Shown here piece after piece: positions 15,628 through 25,929 of a DNA stretch of 64,000 nt. Position 1 is the stretch's first letter; each line of letters opens with the position of its first letter. The notes under the pieces are model-generated. The model did no database searches. It saw only the letters and a program-made list of their open reading frames with translations, and was not told where the DNA came from. This stretch comes from a virus. Taxonomy: Duplodnaviria; Caudoviricetes. The stretch is taken from positions 2,472 to 66,471 of the IMG/VR virus record IMGVR_UViG_3300031110_000007; one strand, written 5' to 3'. Made by a program: the position numbers and the translations under genes.

Positions 15628-18504
15628 ATGATAAATTTAAGCGCACAAATTGAGTCCGGGTTGAACACAGTTTTAGAGGGGCTTAATTATGATATAGAAT
15701 TAGATTATAAAATTAAAGACGAGTCTGAGTATAAAAGTTACTCAGGCTATAATATCCAAGCCGATCTAAAGAGTGGCGGTAAGATAGCAGGAGTTATAAA
15801 AATAGTTAATGACTCGTCTTTAGATATCTCATTCAATATAAAAGAAGGAGCAAAGTATGTTCCTACAACTAAGACAATAAATTTTAAGAATATACGAGCA
15901 GCGAAAGTATTTGAGGAGGATTCAGCTTTGTTAGAGCCTGATAAGATGCAACAGATAATCAATTCAAAAACTACTTCGTTTGATTCAGCAAAGAAAATAT
16001 TAACCACTTGGATGGCTTCACCTAACGCCCCAAGTAAAGTCAAAGTAAAGGAATTTCTTGAAAAGCTAGCTACAGCAGGTGATAAGTCAATTAAATTCTT
16101 GCGTAATGCTTTAGCACATGAAATTGATTATGATGCATTAGAGGTACATAAGCACCATAATGCAACCAAAGCAAAACCTTTGATATTGATAGCCATTATG
16201 GATATGGATAATAATGTAAGGGAACTTAAAGAAAAGATTGAGAACAATCAGTTAAGTTTGGTTGAACAAGATTTTAAATTAGGGTATCCTGAGAGGTTTG
16301 CTAATGGAGAGTTCTTTGATGTAAAGAAGCTTTGGAAAACACCACTTAAAAAGGGTTCAGTTAAGATTTGTCCTTATGGTACTGAGGGTGAAACAATAGT
16401 CCTTACAGACTTAGAAATAATTCTTCCGGCTGTGCCAAAGAATAAGAAAGATATTTTGTTCAGTGATCTACCAAAAGAAGAGCAATATTGGAGGCGAGAG
16501 GAACTACCTGATATTTCATTAGAGGGTGTTGATTCATTCAGTGACTTTATAAAGAAGGAATTTAAAAGGCGTGTAGAGGGAGTTTGGTTTATGAATAACG
16601 GTGTACCTACTTATATGACAGGTCATATGTACTTTACATTAAAGTATTTCCAAATGCTAGATGACGGTGATTATATGGCTTACAGGGAAGCTCAGAGAGA
16701 TATGTTTTACCACATACAGGCTTGTATAGTTGACCCAAGATGTTTAGGTCAGTTATTTGGTAAATCAAGACGTACAGGTTTTACATATTGTATTCTTGGT
16801 GTACTTGCAAACTGGGCCACTAGTAGGAAGAATGCTAAGTTTGGTATGATGTCAAAAACAGGTGCGGATAGTTCTGAGGCATTCATGAAGTTGGCTTATG
16901 GTATTAGGGCTTTACCATTTTGGTTTAAACCTATTATACAAGGTAAGGAGGATACAACATCAGGGTTCACATTCTCAGCTCCGGCAGATAACTCTAAAGA
17001 GGCTAAGAAAAAGAAAAAAGGTAATGTAACAGATTATCTAAATACAGTTATTGACTGGCGTTCTACCTCTGATGGCTCTTATGACTCCATTAAGTTGAAT
17101 GGGTATTTGTTAGATGAAGCTTTCAAGATTGAAAGACCAAACGATGTTATTACTCACTTAGGTCAGATTGCACCTACAATGATGCCTAACAATGGGACTC
17201 CTATTGGGACAATGTTTGCAGGCTCAACAATGGGGTCACATGCTAAAGGTGGTTCACAAGGTATTGAGTTGATTAAGAATAGCCAAATAGTAGATAGAGA
17301 TGAGATAACAGGTAAGACTACTACAGGCCTTTATTTTCACTTCCTCCCGGCTCAATTGAACATGGAGGAGTTTACAGACATGTATGGTAAATGTCATACA
17401 GAACGTCCACCAGTTGGTACACTTAATGTTAAAGGAGAGGAGATTGTTTTAGGCTCTATTGAGTTCTTAATTGCTACAGAGGCACAGAAAAAGAGACAAG
17501 GTGATAAAGCTTATAATGAGCAGCTTAGGACTTACCCTCGTACTTTGGATCATATGTTACGGGATGAATCTAGTAACTGTGAGTTTAATGCTACTAAGCT
17601 TCAAGATCAAATTGACCATAATGAGTGGATAGATGAGGAGGATTTATACATGACAGGTAATTTCGAATGGGTTAATGAGAAAGATGGTGATGTAGGTTTT
17701 TATCCTAATCCTAATGGTAGGTTCAGAGTTAAGTGGCTTCCTTCAATTGCTAATGGATTACATCATTTAGCAAACGCAGTTAAGAAGGTTGGGGATAAAT
17801 TCTATCCACTTAATAAAGACATGGTTAGATTTGGTTGTGACCCATTCTCAATTAAGGCTACTAATGGTGAAGGTTCTAAAGGAGCTATTCATGGTAAAAC
17901 TTTAATGTTCCCCGATGGTTCAGAGGACGGAGTGCCTTGTAATGATTTTGTTGTTGAGTATATAGCTAGACCGCCTGATGAGACTATTTTCTTTGAGGAC
18001 GTTATTAAGGTCATCCGGTATTACGGGTCACCAATACTTGTTGAATCAAACAGAATTGACTTGTTACGTCACATGAGGAATAGAGGTTATAGACCTTTTT
18101 CAATGAACCGACTTGATAAGCATGAGTCTCAGTTGAACCCTAATGAAAAGGAATATGGAGGACAAACAATGTCATCTAAAGATATTTTAGATTCACATAA
18201 AAATAAGATTGGTTCATGGATTGAGAATTATGTTGGTGTGAGTATAAATCCTGAAATAAGAGAGGAGGGTGAAATGGGTAAAATGGTTTTCCAAGAAACT
18301 TTAAAGGATTGGTTAAAATTTGATTCAGCAAAACGGACCAAGTTTGATGCAACAATTTCAAGTGGATTAGCTATTATGGCCTGCTCAACCGAGAAGTATA
18401 AAGGAGATAAAAAAGAGCGTGCTGTAAAAAAGATTACCTTTGTAAAAAGATACAACAATAAAGGTAATATAGGGACACTAAAAAATTATAATAATGGAAG
18501 ATAA
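15628..18504 (+). CDS. terL: Terminase large subunit with about 230-aa N-terminal extension
   Basis: Walker A-type GKSRRTGFT, Walker B YLLDE, nuclease FGCDPF, ILVESN, FDATISSG. Confidence 0.9.
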   Translation: MINLSAQIESGLNTVLEGLNYDIELDYKIKDESEYKSYSGYNIQADLKSGGKIAGVIKIVNDSSLDISFNIKEGAKYVPTTKTINFKNIRAAKVFEEDSALLEPDKMQQIINSKTTSFDSAKKILTTWMASPNAPSKVKVKEFLEKLATAGDKSIKFLRNALAHEIDYDALEVHKHHNATKAKPLILIAIMDMDNNVRELKEKIENNQLSLVEQDFKLGYPERFANGEFFDVKKLWKTPLKKGSVKICPYGTEGETIVLTDLEIILPAVPKNKKDILFSDLPKEEQYWRREELPDISLEGVDSFSDFIKKEFKRRVEGVWFMNNGVPTYMTGHMYFTLKYFQMLDDGDYMAYREAQRDMFYHIQACIVDPRCLGQLFGKSRRTGFTYCILGVLANWATSRKNAKFGMMSKTGADSSEAFMKLAYGIRALPFWFKPIIQGKEDTTSGFTFSAPADNSKEAKKKKKGNVTDYLNTVIDWRSTSDGSYDSIKLNGYLLDEAFKIERPNDVITHLGQIAPTMMPNNGTPIGTMFAGSTMGSHAKGGSQGIELIKNSQIVDRDEITGKTTTGLYFHFLPAQLNMEEFTDMYGKCHTERPPVGTLNVKGEEIVLGSIEFLIATEAQKKRQGDKAYNEQLRTYPRTLDHMLRDESSNCEFNATKLQDQIDHNEWIDEEDLYMTGNFEWVNEKDGDVGFYPNPNGRFRVKWLPSIANGLHHLANAVKKVGDKFYPLNKDMVRFGCDPFSIKATNGEGSKGAIHGKTLMFPDGSEDGVPCNDFVVEYIARPPDETIFFEDVIKVIRYYGSPILVESNRIDLLRHMRNRGYRPFSMNRLDKHESQLNPNEKEYGGQTMSSKDILDSHKNKIGSWIENYVGVSINPEIREEGEMGKMVFQETLKDWLKFDSAKRTKFDATISSGLAIMACSTEKYKGDKKERAVKKITFVKRYNNKGNIGTLKNYNNGR

Positions 18505-20986
18505 AGGATACCAAATTGAGGGTAGTATGGGTTTTCCTAGTCATAGCGTTCCGGATGAGATTAAGTCAACTCCGGAATTTGGCTTGGCTATGGCAAGAGC
18601 TATAGAATCTGAATGGTTTCACAGGCCGAGTGGAGGTGATTGTACTTATCAAAGTAATAGAGATAAGTTTCATAGTCTAAGGCTATACGCTCGTGGTGAA
18701 CAGGACACAAAAATTTATAAGGATATGATTTCTCCGGAGGACACAAGTTATACTAACTTTGATTGGAGACCGTTGCAAATAATTCCAAAGTTTGTTAAGT
18801 TGATCGTTAACCAAATGTCTGAGAGACTTTTTGAGATTAAAGCAGAGGCTACGGACAAATTCTCTACCGATTTAAAGAATAATTACAAAAAGAACATGGA
18901 GCGTTTTGTTGTAGGTAAGCCTATGATGAAACAAGCTTTACAGGACTTAGGGGTAAATGTGTTTCCTGATGATTATGAGTCTTATCCTGAGAGTAAAGAG
19001 GAGATTGATTTATTTATGCAGCTGAAGTATAAACCCGCTATTGAGATAGCCACTGAGGAGGCTATTAAATTTACTTTAGGCTTGAATGACTATGAGGAGA
19101 CTCAGCAAAGAGTTATTGAGGATATAACAGTTTTAGGTATTGGTGCAGTTAAACAAAAGACAGACCCCTCTAAAGGGATTGTTGTCGATTACGTAGACCC
19201 GGCAAACCTTGTTTATTCTTATCCTCGTCATAGGGATTATAGGGATTGTTACTACTATGGTGAAGTTCGTAGGATAACAATCAACGAATTAAAGCGTATA
19301 TCCGATAGAGCATTTACACAAGAGGAGTTGGTAGCTATTGCAAGAAATTCAGCTTCATTTGCTAGGAATAATGGTGAAACAAATGAATTTGGTGATGATA
19401 ATGGTAACAGGGATGTTAGCGGTTACATGGTTGATATTATGGACTTCAACTTTAGATCAACCAACACACTAACTTATAAAAAGAAGTTTAGTAAGAATGG
19501 TGGGTATATTATGAAACAAAGGGAGTCCACATTTACTAAAGGTGAGTACGCCAAAGAGTATGACGCTGTTAAGAGAAACATTGATGTATGGTATGAAGGT
19601 ATTTTGATTCTTGGTTGTGGTGAGCTGATTAACTACAAGATGAGCGAGAATATGATTAGGCCAGAAGGATTGTTAAATATGACTCAGCCTAATTATTCAC
19701 TTTATTCTCCTGAACTTTATCAAAACAGGACTAAGAGTACTGTTGAGAGAATAATTCCGTATGTTGATCAGATGCAGCAAATACATATTAAGATTCAACA
19801 AATGATTGCTAAAGTTAGACCTAATGGTATATTCATTGATATTGATGGGTTAAACGAAATTGATATGGGTGATGGTACATTCTTAACTCCAATGGATAAT
19901 ATTAAGATGTACAATGAGACAGGTAATATTTTTGGTTCGGGACGTGATGCAGAAGGAAATTTTAATTACTCTAAAGTCCCATTCCAAGAGTTAAACAATG
20001 GGGTTGTTCAGGGATTAGAGAGGTTAACCGGAATGTATAACCATTATCTTAATTTGTTAAGGGATGCGATCGGAGTTCCGGAAGGAGCTGACGCCAGTAC
20101 ACCAAACCCTAAAATGCTTGTAGGAGTTCAGCAGCAGTTAGCTTTAAACTCAAACACAGCAACAAGACATATTTTAGATGCGTCACTAAGTATCTCCAAA
20201 AGAGTTGGATTAGGTGTATCGTTAAGGCTAAAGGATATTTTCATGTATTCTGAACTTAAAGAAGTTTATATAAATGCTATTGGAGCTTTGGGTGTGGAGA
20301 TTCTTGACTCAATTAAAAATTATCATTTACATGATATGGGTGTATTAATTGAATTAAAGCCTGATACAGATGCCAAACAACAATTAGAGCAGAATATACA
20401 AATTGCTTTATCAGAAGGTAGTATAACTCTTGATGATATTATTGATATCAGAGGTATTAGCAATATAAAGTTAGCTAATGAGCTGATAAAGGTAAGGAGA
20501 GTTAAGCGGGAGAAAATGAAAAATGAGCAGCAGGAGAAAATGGCTAAGATTCAAACGGAGGCTCAAATACAATCTGCTCAAACGGCTGCTCAATCTGCTA
20601 TGGATAAAATACAGGCTGAGAGTCAGGCTAAGTTAGCTTTAGTTCAGGCAGAAGCCGAAGCTGCATCAAGAAAGATAAACGAAGAGAAAGAGGCTAAATT
20701 AGTTTTGATGGAAAGGGAATACCAATATAACTTAGTTATGAGGGGTATAGAGTCTGAGGCTACAGTTTATGCAAATAAGTTGAAGGAGGACAAGAAAGAT
20801 GCAAGACAGAATAAGCAGAATACTGATGCATCTAAGATGATAGAACAAAGACATAACAACGGAAGTCCTATAGATTTCTCAGCACCTGATGACCTCGATA
20901 TAGACAATGTACCAGTGTTTGAAAGTGGAGTTGATAATATTGAGGGTGGAGTAAGTATGGAAGGGTTCGAACCAGTGGTTGGCTAA
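18494..20986 (+). CDS. Portal protein
   Basis: 830 aa directly after terL; DWRPLQIIPKFVKLIVN, YYYGEV, C-terminal coiled coil. Confidence 0.85.
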   Translation: MEDKGYQIEGSMGFPSHSVPDEIKSTPEFGLAMARAIESEWFHRPSGGDCTYQSNRDKFHSLRLYARGEQDTKIYKDMISPEDTSYTNFDWRPLQIIPKFVKLIVNQMSERLFEIKAEATDKFSTDLKNNYKKNMERFVVGKPMMKQALQDLGVNVFPDDYESYPESKEEIDLFMQLKYKPAIEIATEEAIKFTLGLNDYEETQQRVIEDITVLGIGAVKQKTDPSKGIVVDYVDPANLVYSYPRHRDYRDCYYYGEVRRITINELKRISDRAFTQEELVAIARNSASFARNNGETNEFGDDNGNRDVSGYMVDIMDFNFRSTNTLTYKKKFSKNGGYIMKQRESTFTKGEYAKEYDAVKRNIDVWYEGILILGCGELINYKMSENMIRPEGLLNMTQPNYSLYSPELYQNRTKSTVERIIPYVDQMQQIHIKIQQMIAKVRPNGIFIDIDGLNEIDMGDGTFLTPMDNIKMYNETGNIFGSGRDAEGNFNYSKVPFQELNNGVVQGLERLTGMYNHYLNLLRDAIGVPEGADASTPNPKMLVGVQQQLALNSNTATRHILDASLSISKRVGLGVSLRLKDIFMYSELKEVYINAIGALGVEILDSIKNYHLHDMGVLIELKPDTDAKQQLEQNIQIALSEGSITLDDIIDIRGISNIKLANELIKVRRVKREKMKNEQQEKMAKIQTEAQIQSAQTAAQSAMDKIQAESQAKLALVQAEAEAASRKINEEKEAKLVLMEREYQYNLVMRGIESEATVYANKLKEDKKDARQNKQNTDASKMIEQRHNNGSPIDFSAPDDLDIDNVPVFESGVDNIEGGVSMEGFEPVVG

Positions 20987-21009
20987 AAATAGGGTATGAA
21001 TTTTTTTGC

Positions 21010-21017
21010 TATATTTG
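21010..21017 (+). promoter_or_regulatory. -7 box TATATTTG for scaffold/capsid operon
   Basis: Consensus match preceded by a T-tract. Confidence 0.65.
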
Positions 21018-21054
21018 CAGTACAGAAAACGACAAAGGAATTTAATTAAATATT

Positions 21055-22236
21055 ATGATAGGAACAAATCAAACAATCGAAGGGTTTAAGTCTAATGGCC
21101 AAGAGCCTAATTATGACTTTGACATTAGTGATAAGGATTTCAGTAATACTGATCAAGGTAATAATGAGCCTCCTGTATTGGAGGTTCTTGAAAATATAGA
21201 GTCTACAACTACTCCGGAGACTGTTGTTACAGAACCAGTAGTTATCCCTGTAGTAGAATCAGGGGTAGAAGCGAACACATCTAACGAGAAAGTTGAGCAG
21301 GAGGTTGTTACAGTCCCAGTGCAGACACAGGTTACAGCAGAGATTAATGACGACAGTGTATTTAACTACCTAAGTGGTAAACTAGGAAAAGAAGTTAAGA
21401 CATTAGATGATTTAATTCCGCAATCTGTTAACCCACTTGATTCAGATCCTTATTTGAAAAACCTTGTTGAATGGAGAAATAAAACGGGGCGTCCTTTAGA
21501 GGATTGGGCTAAGTACCAAAAGAATTATGATGAAATGAGTGACATTGATGTTGTAAGGGAAAGCCTACAACTAAAATATCCAATGTTAACTCCTGACGAG
21601 ATTGATTCTGAGTTAAGTAAGTTCATCCCTGATGAGGATGAGGATACCCCACAAGAGATTAGATCAAAGAATATTGAGATTAAAAAGTTTGCACATGACG
21701 GTAGGACTTTGTTAAATGAACTAAAATCTGACTTAGGGAAACCGAGTGAGGGATTTGGTTTATCAGAGGAACAAAAGTCTGATTTAGAGTTAGCTAGACA
21801 ATATAAAGAAAGCCAAGCAGGGCAATCGCAGGCAGTCTTAGAGTATAGCAATAATGTAAAGCAAGCATCTTTTGATCTTGGTAAGGTTAGTTTAAAACTA
21901 TCCGATACTTTATCAATTGATTACAACGTATCCGAACAAACTAAAAAAGAATTACCTGACTTCATTAACACGATGCCTCATTGGAGGAATGCTGATGGAG
22001 GTATGAATTTTAAAGCAGTTGCTGAGGATTCATTAAAGATTAAGCATTTTGATGACATTATGAAAATAGTATTTGAACAAGGTTTAAGTGCAGGTAAGGA
22101 CGAAGTATTAAAAACAACAAATAATGTCAATCTAACTGAACCAAATAGGTCTCAGGTAGTTGATACAAATGCGCCCATTGTTGAGGGGTTAGACAGAATG
22201 TTTGGTCTAACAAATAACAAAATTAGGTTTAAATAG
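21055..22236 (+). CDS. Putative capsid scaffolding protein
   Basis: Acidic low-complexity N-terminus, helical C-terminus; between portal and capsid genes. Confidence 0.6.
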   Translation: MIGTNQTIEGFKSNGQEPNYDFDISDKDFSNTDQGNNEPPVLEVLENIESTTTPETVVTEPVVIPVVESGVEANTSNEKVEQEVVTVPVQTQVTAEINDDSVFNYLSGKLGKEVKTLDDLIPQSVNPLDSDPYLKNLVEWRNKTGRPLEDWAKYQKNYDEMSDIDVVRESLQLKYPMLTPDEIDSELSKFIPDEDEDTPQEIRSKNIEIKKFAHDGRTLLNELKSDLGKPSEGFGLSEEQKSDLELARQYKESQAGQSQAVLEYSNNVKQASFDLGKVSLKLSDTLSIDYNVSEQTKKELPDFINTMPHWRNADGGMNFKAVAEDSLKIKHFDDIMKIVFEQGLSAGKDEVLKTTNNVNLTEPNRSQVVDTNAPIVEGLDRMFGLTNNKIRFK

Positions 22237-22257
22237 TAACAATAAAAATTTTATATT

Positions 22258-23607
22258 ATGGCATTATCAAACACCCCAAATTATCAGGTTAGACCGAGTG
22301 CAACTAAGACTCAGGTTCAATCTAACTATATTTCTATCTTTGACTACTCTAGTCAGTATTTACCGGATGTTCATGCAGACATGGCCAAGAAGTTTGGTAA
22401 TCAGTCTATCAGTGGTATGTTGTACATGCTTGGTAATGAGAGCGCAATGGCCTCTGACAAGACTATTTGGACTGAGGAAGGTAGATTACATACAGTATAT
22501 GACAAATCAGTTACAAGAGCGGGAATGGTATTTACCCAAGCGGGTCATGTTTTCCGAGTAAATGAAACTGTTTATTTGTCTGACGCAAACGTTAAGAGAC
22601 AAGGTATTATTACAGCAGTAACTGAGGATACTTTCACTGTAGCTCCTTATAAAAATATCGCATTCACCGGACTAGGAACAACGGGTATTACCGCATGGTC
22701 TTACGGTTCTGAATTTAAGAAAGGTACTTTTGGTATGCAGGGTTCTTTAGATACAGACTTAACTGTTTTATCTAACACTCCTATTATCATGAAAGAGAAG
22801 TTCTCTGTTTCAGGTTCTGACGCTACTCAGATCGGATGGGTTAAGACAAAAGACGGATGGTTATGGTACATGCTTTCTGAGGCTGATACTCGAAGACGTT
22901 GGGAGGACAAATTGGAATTAGCAATGATCTTAGCGGAGGTTGCTGAACCGGGGTCTGTTGCTAACCAAAACGGATTCAAAGGTACTGAGGGTCTTATTGA
23001 AGCAATCAGAACTAGAGGTAACAGATTCGAGGGTGTAGCTGATACACTTGAAGATTGGGACGCTATTCTTAAGAGATTCGATGCACAGGGTAAGATTCAA
23101 GATTACATGTTCTATGTTGATAGAGATCAGTCCTTAGCAATTGACAATATGCTTGGAAAGCTTAACGCAGGTTATGACGGTGGTATCTCTTACGGTATCT
23201 TCAACAACGACAAAAACATGGCTGTTAACTTAGGATTTAAGTCCTTCACTAGAGGAACTTATAACTTCCACAAGACAGACTGGAAATTGTTGAATGACCC
23301 AACTCTAATGGGTGCTGTAGCTGCTAAAGCAGGTAAAATTAGAGGTTTACTAATCCCAATCGGAACAAAAGAAGTTTACGAAGGAGAGTACAATGGCGGT
23401 GGTGATGGGACTAAGATCACAACTCCGTTCTTAGAAATGAAGTATAGAGCTTCCGGAGCTGAGAACAGAAAGTACAAAACTTGGATTACAGGTTCTGTTG
23501 GAGGTGTTTACACTGACGATCAGGATGCAATGCATGTTAATCACTTGTCTGAAAGATTACTTAAGACGGCGGGGGCTAACAACTTTATGGTATTCGAAGG
23601 GGAATAA
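22258..23607 (+). CDS. Major capsid protein (crAss-like/Flavobacteria podovirus type)
   Basis: 449 aa, synteny, biased codon usage, strong terminator immediately downstream. Confidence 0.85.
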   Translation: MALSNTPNYQVRPSATKTQVQSNYISIFDYSSQYLPDVHADMAKKFGNQSISGMLYMLGNESAMASDKTIWTEEGRLHTVYDKSVTRAGMVFTQAGHVFRVNETVYLSDANVKRQGIITAVTEDTFTVAPYKNIAFTGLGTTGITAWSYGSEFKKGTFGMQGSLDTDLTVLSNTPIIMKEKFSVSGSDATQIGWVKTKDGWLWYMLSEADTRRRWEDKLELAMILAEVAEPGSVANQNGFKGTEGLIEAIRTRGNRFEGVADTLEDWDAILKRFDAQGKIQDYMFYVDRDQSLAIDNMLGKLNAGYDGGISYGIFNNDKNMAVNLGFKSFTRGTYNFHKTDWKLLNDPTLMGAVAAKAGKIRGLLIPIGTKEVYEGEYNGGGDGTKITTPFLEMKYRASGAENRKYKTWITGSVGGVYTDDQDAMHVNHLSERLLKTAGANNFMVFEGE

Positions 23608-23619
23608 TAAATATATAAC

Positions 23620-23650
23620 TAGGGGTCTGTTAAATCAGACCCCTAATTTT
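23620..23650 (+). terminator. Intrinsic terminator after capsid gene
   Basis: taggggtctg-ttaaat-cagaccccta followed by attttt. Confidence 0.85.
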
Positions 23651-23672
23651 TAACTTAATAAAATATAATACA

Positions 23673-24578
23673 ATGGCAAGACCAATTAATACACAAAAAC
23701 AATCTAATACAACACAACCTGAAATTTTCGAACAGTCAATCTTGGAAGTTCCTGAAACAATCGAAATTGTAGAAAAACCTATTAAATCACAACCTAAAGT
23801 AAAGAGAGTAGATAAAATGTACAGGCTTACAGAAGGTTCTAAAGGTGCCTCATGTATGATCAAAGTTGGTAGGAATAAAAAACTTACAGTATTTGATGAG
23901 AAACTACAAAAGCAGAGAGCAATTAGACACTGCCCTAACGAATTATCTATTTATGTTGATGAGCAATCAGAACATGCAGTTGTTGAGGAGATTGTTTTTG
24001 AAAAAGGTAACTTAGAAGTTTCTAAGTTTAAAACAGTAACTCAGGATTTCTTAGATATCCACCCTTCTAATGCAGAGCATGGAGGAATTATCTTTGAAGC
24101 TGTTGATTATGCTAAAGAGGCTGATGATATTGTTCAAGAGGAGGAATTAATTTCTAAGATCAGAGAAGCGGTAAGAATTAAGGCATTAGAGGATGACGGA
24201 GTGTTTTACTTAGAAATGGTAGCATCTGTATTAGAAAACTCTTTAACGGCTGTTGCAGGTATGAATATTAACGAGTTAAAAAGAGTTATATACTTCCACA
24301 TAAATGACGACCCAATGTACTTTGTTGATGGAGATACTTTGGACGTAAATATATTTGACGATTTAGGTACACTTAGAACGTACACCACATTGAAGGCTAT
24401 TCAAGAAGGAATTATCAAAAGATCAGCTAATGGTAGATCAATCCTTTGGGCCAAAGGTAATAAGGAGATTATTGCTGCTCCATTTGGTATGGATGCAGTA
24501 GAATATTTTGCTGAGTTCCTTGCAAGTAATGACGGTATTTTAGTGTTTGCTGAGATCGAAAAAAGACTTAAACTATAA
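23673..24578 (+). CDS. Hypothetical protein (probable virion/assembly)
   Basis: 301-aa ORF in the head module. Confidence 0.75.
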   Translation: MARPINTQKQSNTTQPEIFEQSILEVPETIEIVEKPIKSQPKVKRVDKMYRLTEGSKGASCMIKVGRNKKLTVFDEKLQKQRAIRHCPNELSIYVDEQSEHAVVEEIVFEKGNLEVSKFKTVTQDFLDIHPSNAEHGGIIFEAVDYAKEADDIVQEEELISKIREAVRIKALEDDGVFYLEMVASVLENSLTAVAGMNINELKRVIYFHINDDPMYFVDGDTLDVNIFDDLGTLRTYTTLKAIQEGIIKRSANGRSILWAKGNKEIIAAPFGMDAVEYFAEFLASNDGILVFAEIEKRLKL

Positions 24579-24596
24579 TATTTTTAAAATATTTTT

Positions 24597-24636
24597 AACC
24601 CCCTATTTGTTAGTAGGGGGTTTTTTCGTATATTTG
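24597..24636 (+). terminator. Terminator overlapping a TTTG-N19-TATATTTG promoter
   Basis: aacccccta...tagggggtt + tttt; TTTG 24606-24609 and TATATTTG 24629-24636. Confidence 0.75.
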
Positions 24637-24658
24637 CATTAAATAAAATAAACAAATT

Positions 24659-25213
24659 ATGACTAAAACGATTTACATAGAGGGTCAAACTATTGGGTAT
24701 TACGATATTAAACAGTTGAAAGGAGAGTTTAAAGAATATAATATTTCTATTGATGATCATGTGGAAATAGGTGATGAAGTTGAAATAAATAGGGATGTAT
24801 CAATTGGTAAAGGTTGTGTAATTGGTGACGGAGTTGTCATTCAACAAAATACAACTTTAGAGTCTGAGGTTAAGTTACAGGCTAACGTTGAGTTAGGCAT
24901 GAATTGTTATATCAAAACAGGAGCTGTAATTGGTGAAAACTCTGTTATAAAAGATGGTATAACAATAGGGGAGGATAATATTGTCCCTAAAAATACTTTG
25001 TTAAATGAAAACATTCACTTTGTTGGGTCAGTTGCTACGGTAACATATGTTGGTAATGAAATAGTTTGTATCGGGTGCAAACATAAATTGATAAGCAATT
25101 TAACTGATGAGTTTTTAGAAGACTTAGGTAAAGAGTATCACTACACACCTGATCAGATTGAGGAGTATAAAGGTTACGTTAACCAAATAAAAGATAAAAT
25201 AAAAGGCTTATGA
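24659..25213 (+). CDS. Left-handed beta-helix (hexapeptide repeat) protein
   Basis: VEIGDE VEINRD VSIGKG CVIGDG VVIQQN ... AVIGEN SVIKDG ITIGED repeats. Confidence 0.85.
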   Translation: MTKTIYIEGQTIGYYDIKQLKGEFKEYNISIDDHVEIGDEVEINRDVSIGKGCVIGDGVVIQQNTTLESEVKLQANVELGMNCYIKTGAVIGENSVIKDGITIGEDNIVPKNTLLNENIHFVGSVATVTYVGNEIVCIGCKHKLISNLTDEFLEDLGKEYHYTPDQIEEYKGYVNQIKDKIKGL

Positions 25214-25929
25214 TAGATCAAGTTTACAGGGTTGTTCAAGCATTGGTAAATAAGGAAAATAACGGGTATTTAACCCCTACAGAACTTAACTTACTTGCTA
25301 AACAAGCTCAGGAAAGAATTTTAAGTAATTACTTTTCAGATTATAATTTCGCAAAGAATAAAGGTAACAGAGGAGCTATAAACAGTGGGTATGCTAATTT
25401 GGATTTAGTTATAAAACAAAAATTATCTAGGTTTGTATCATCTGCTGATATGGTAGTTAATCTAAATGGTGAAGTTCCTTTACCAAGAGATTTAAGGTTT
25501 ATAGAGGATGACGGTGTAACATCTTTGTTTGATCTACCCGGAACAATGATTGAGGATGTGGTTGTATCCGAGGTTGATAATTCTAAAATAGGTAGGATGT
25601 TAAAATCTGATGCAGCACCCTCTACAGTATTCCCTGTGTATACTTTAGGTGAAGGTATTTTAAAGGTATATCCCCCAACAATACCTCAGGTAAGGGTAAG
25701 GTATTTAAGAAAGCCTAAAGACCCTAATTGGACTTATAGAGTTATATTAGGTAAAGAGGTGTTTGATATGTCAAATGGTTCTTATCAGGACTTTGAATTG
25801 CATGAGTCAGAGTTTGCAAACATTGTTATATCAATGCTTTCTCAGATTGGGATTGTTATAAGGGAAAACAACGTTGTTGAAATAGCAGAGAATTTGAAAG
25901 ATAAACAGAAAATAAAAGATAATGAATAA
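25210..25929 (+). CDS. Putative head-tail adaptor/tail ring protein
   Basis: YLTPTELNLLAKQAQ, VRYLRKPKDPNW, FELHESE; synteny. Confidence 0.6.
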   Translation: MIDQVYRVVQALVNKENNGYLTPTELNLLAKQAQERILSNYFSDYNFAKNKGNRGAINSGYANLDLVIKQKLSRFVSSADMVVNLNGEVPLPRDLRFIEDDGVTSLFDLPGTMIEDVVVSEVDNSKIGRMLKSDAAPSTVFPVYTLGEGILKVYPPTIPQVRVRYLRKPKDPNWTYRVILGKEVFDMSNGSYQDFELHESEFANIVISMLSQIGIVIRENNVVEIAENLKDKQKIKDNE

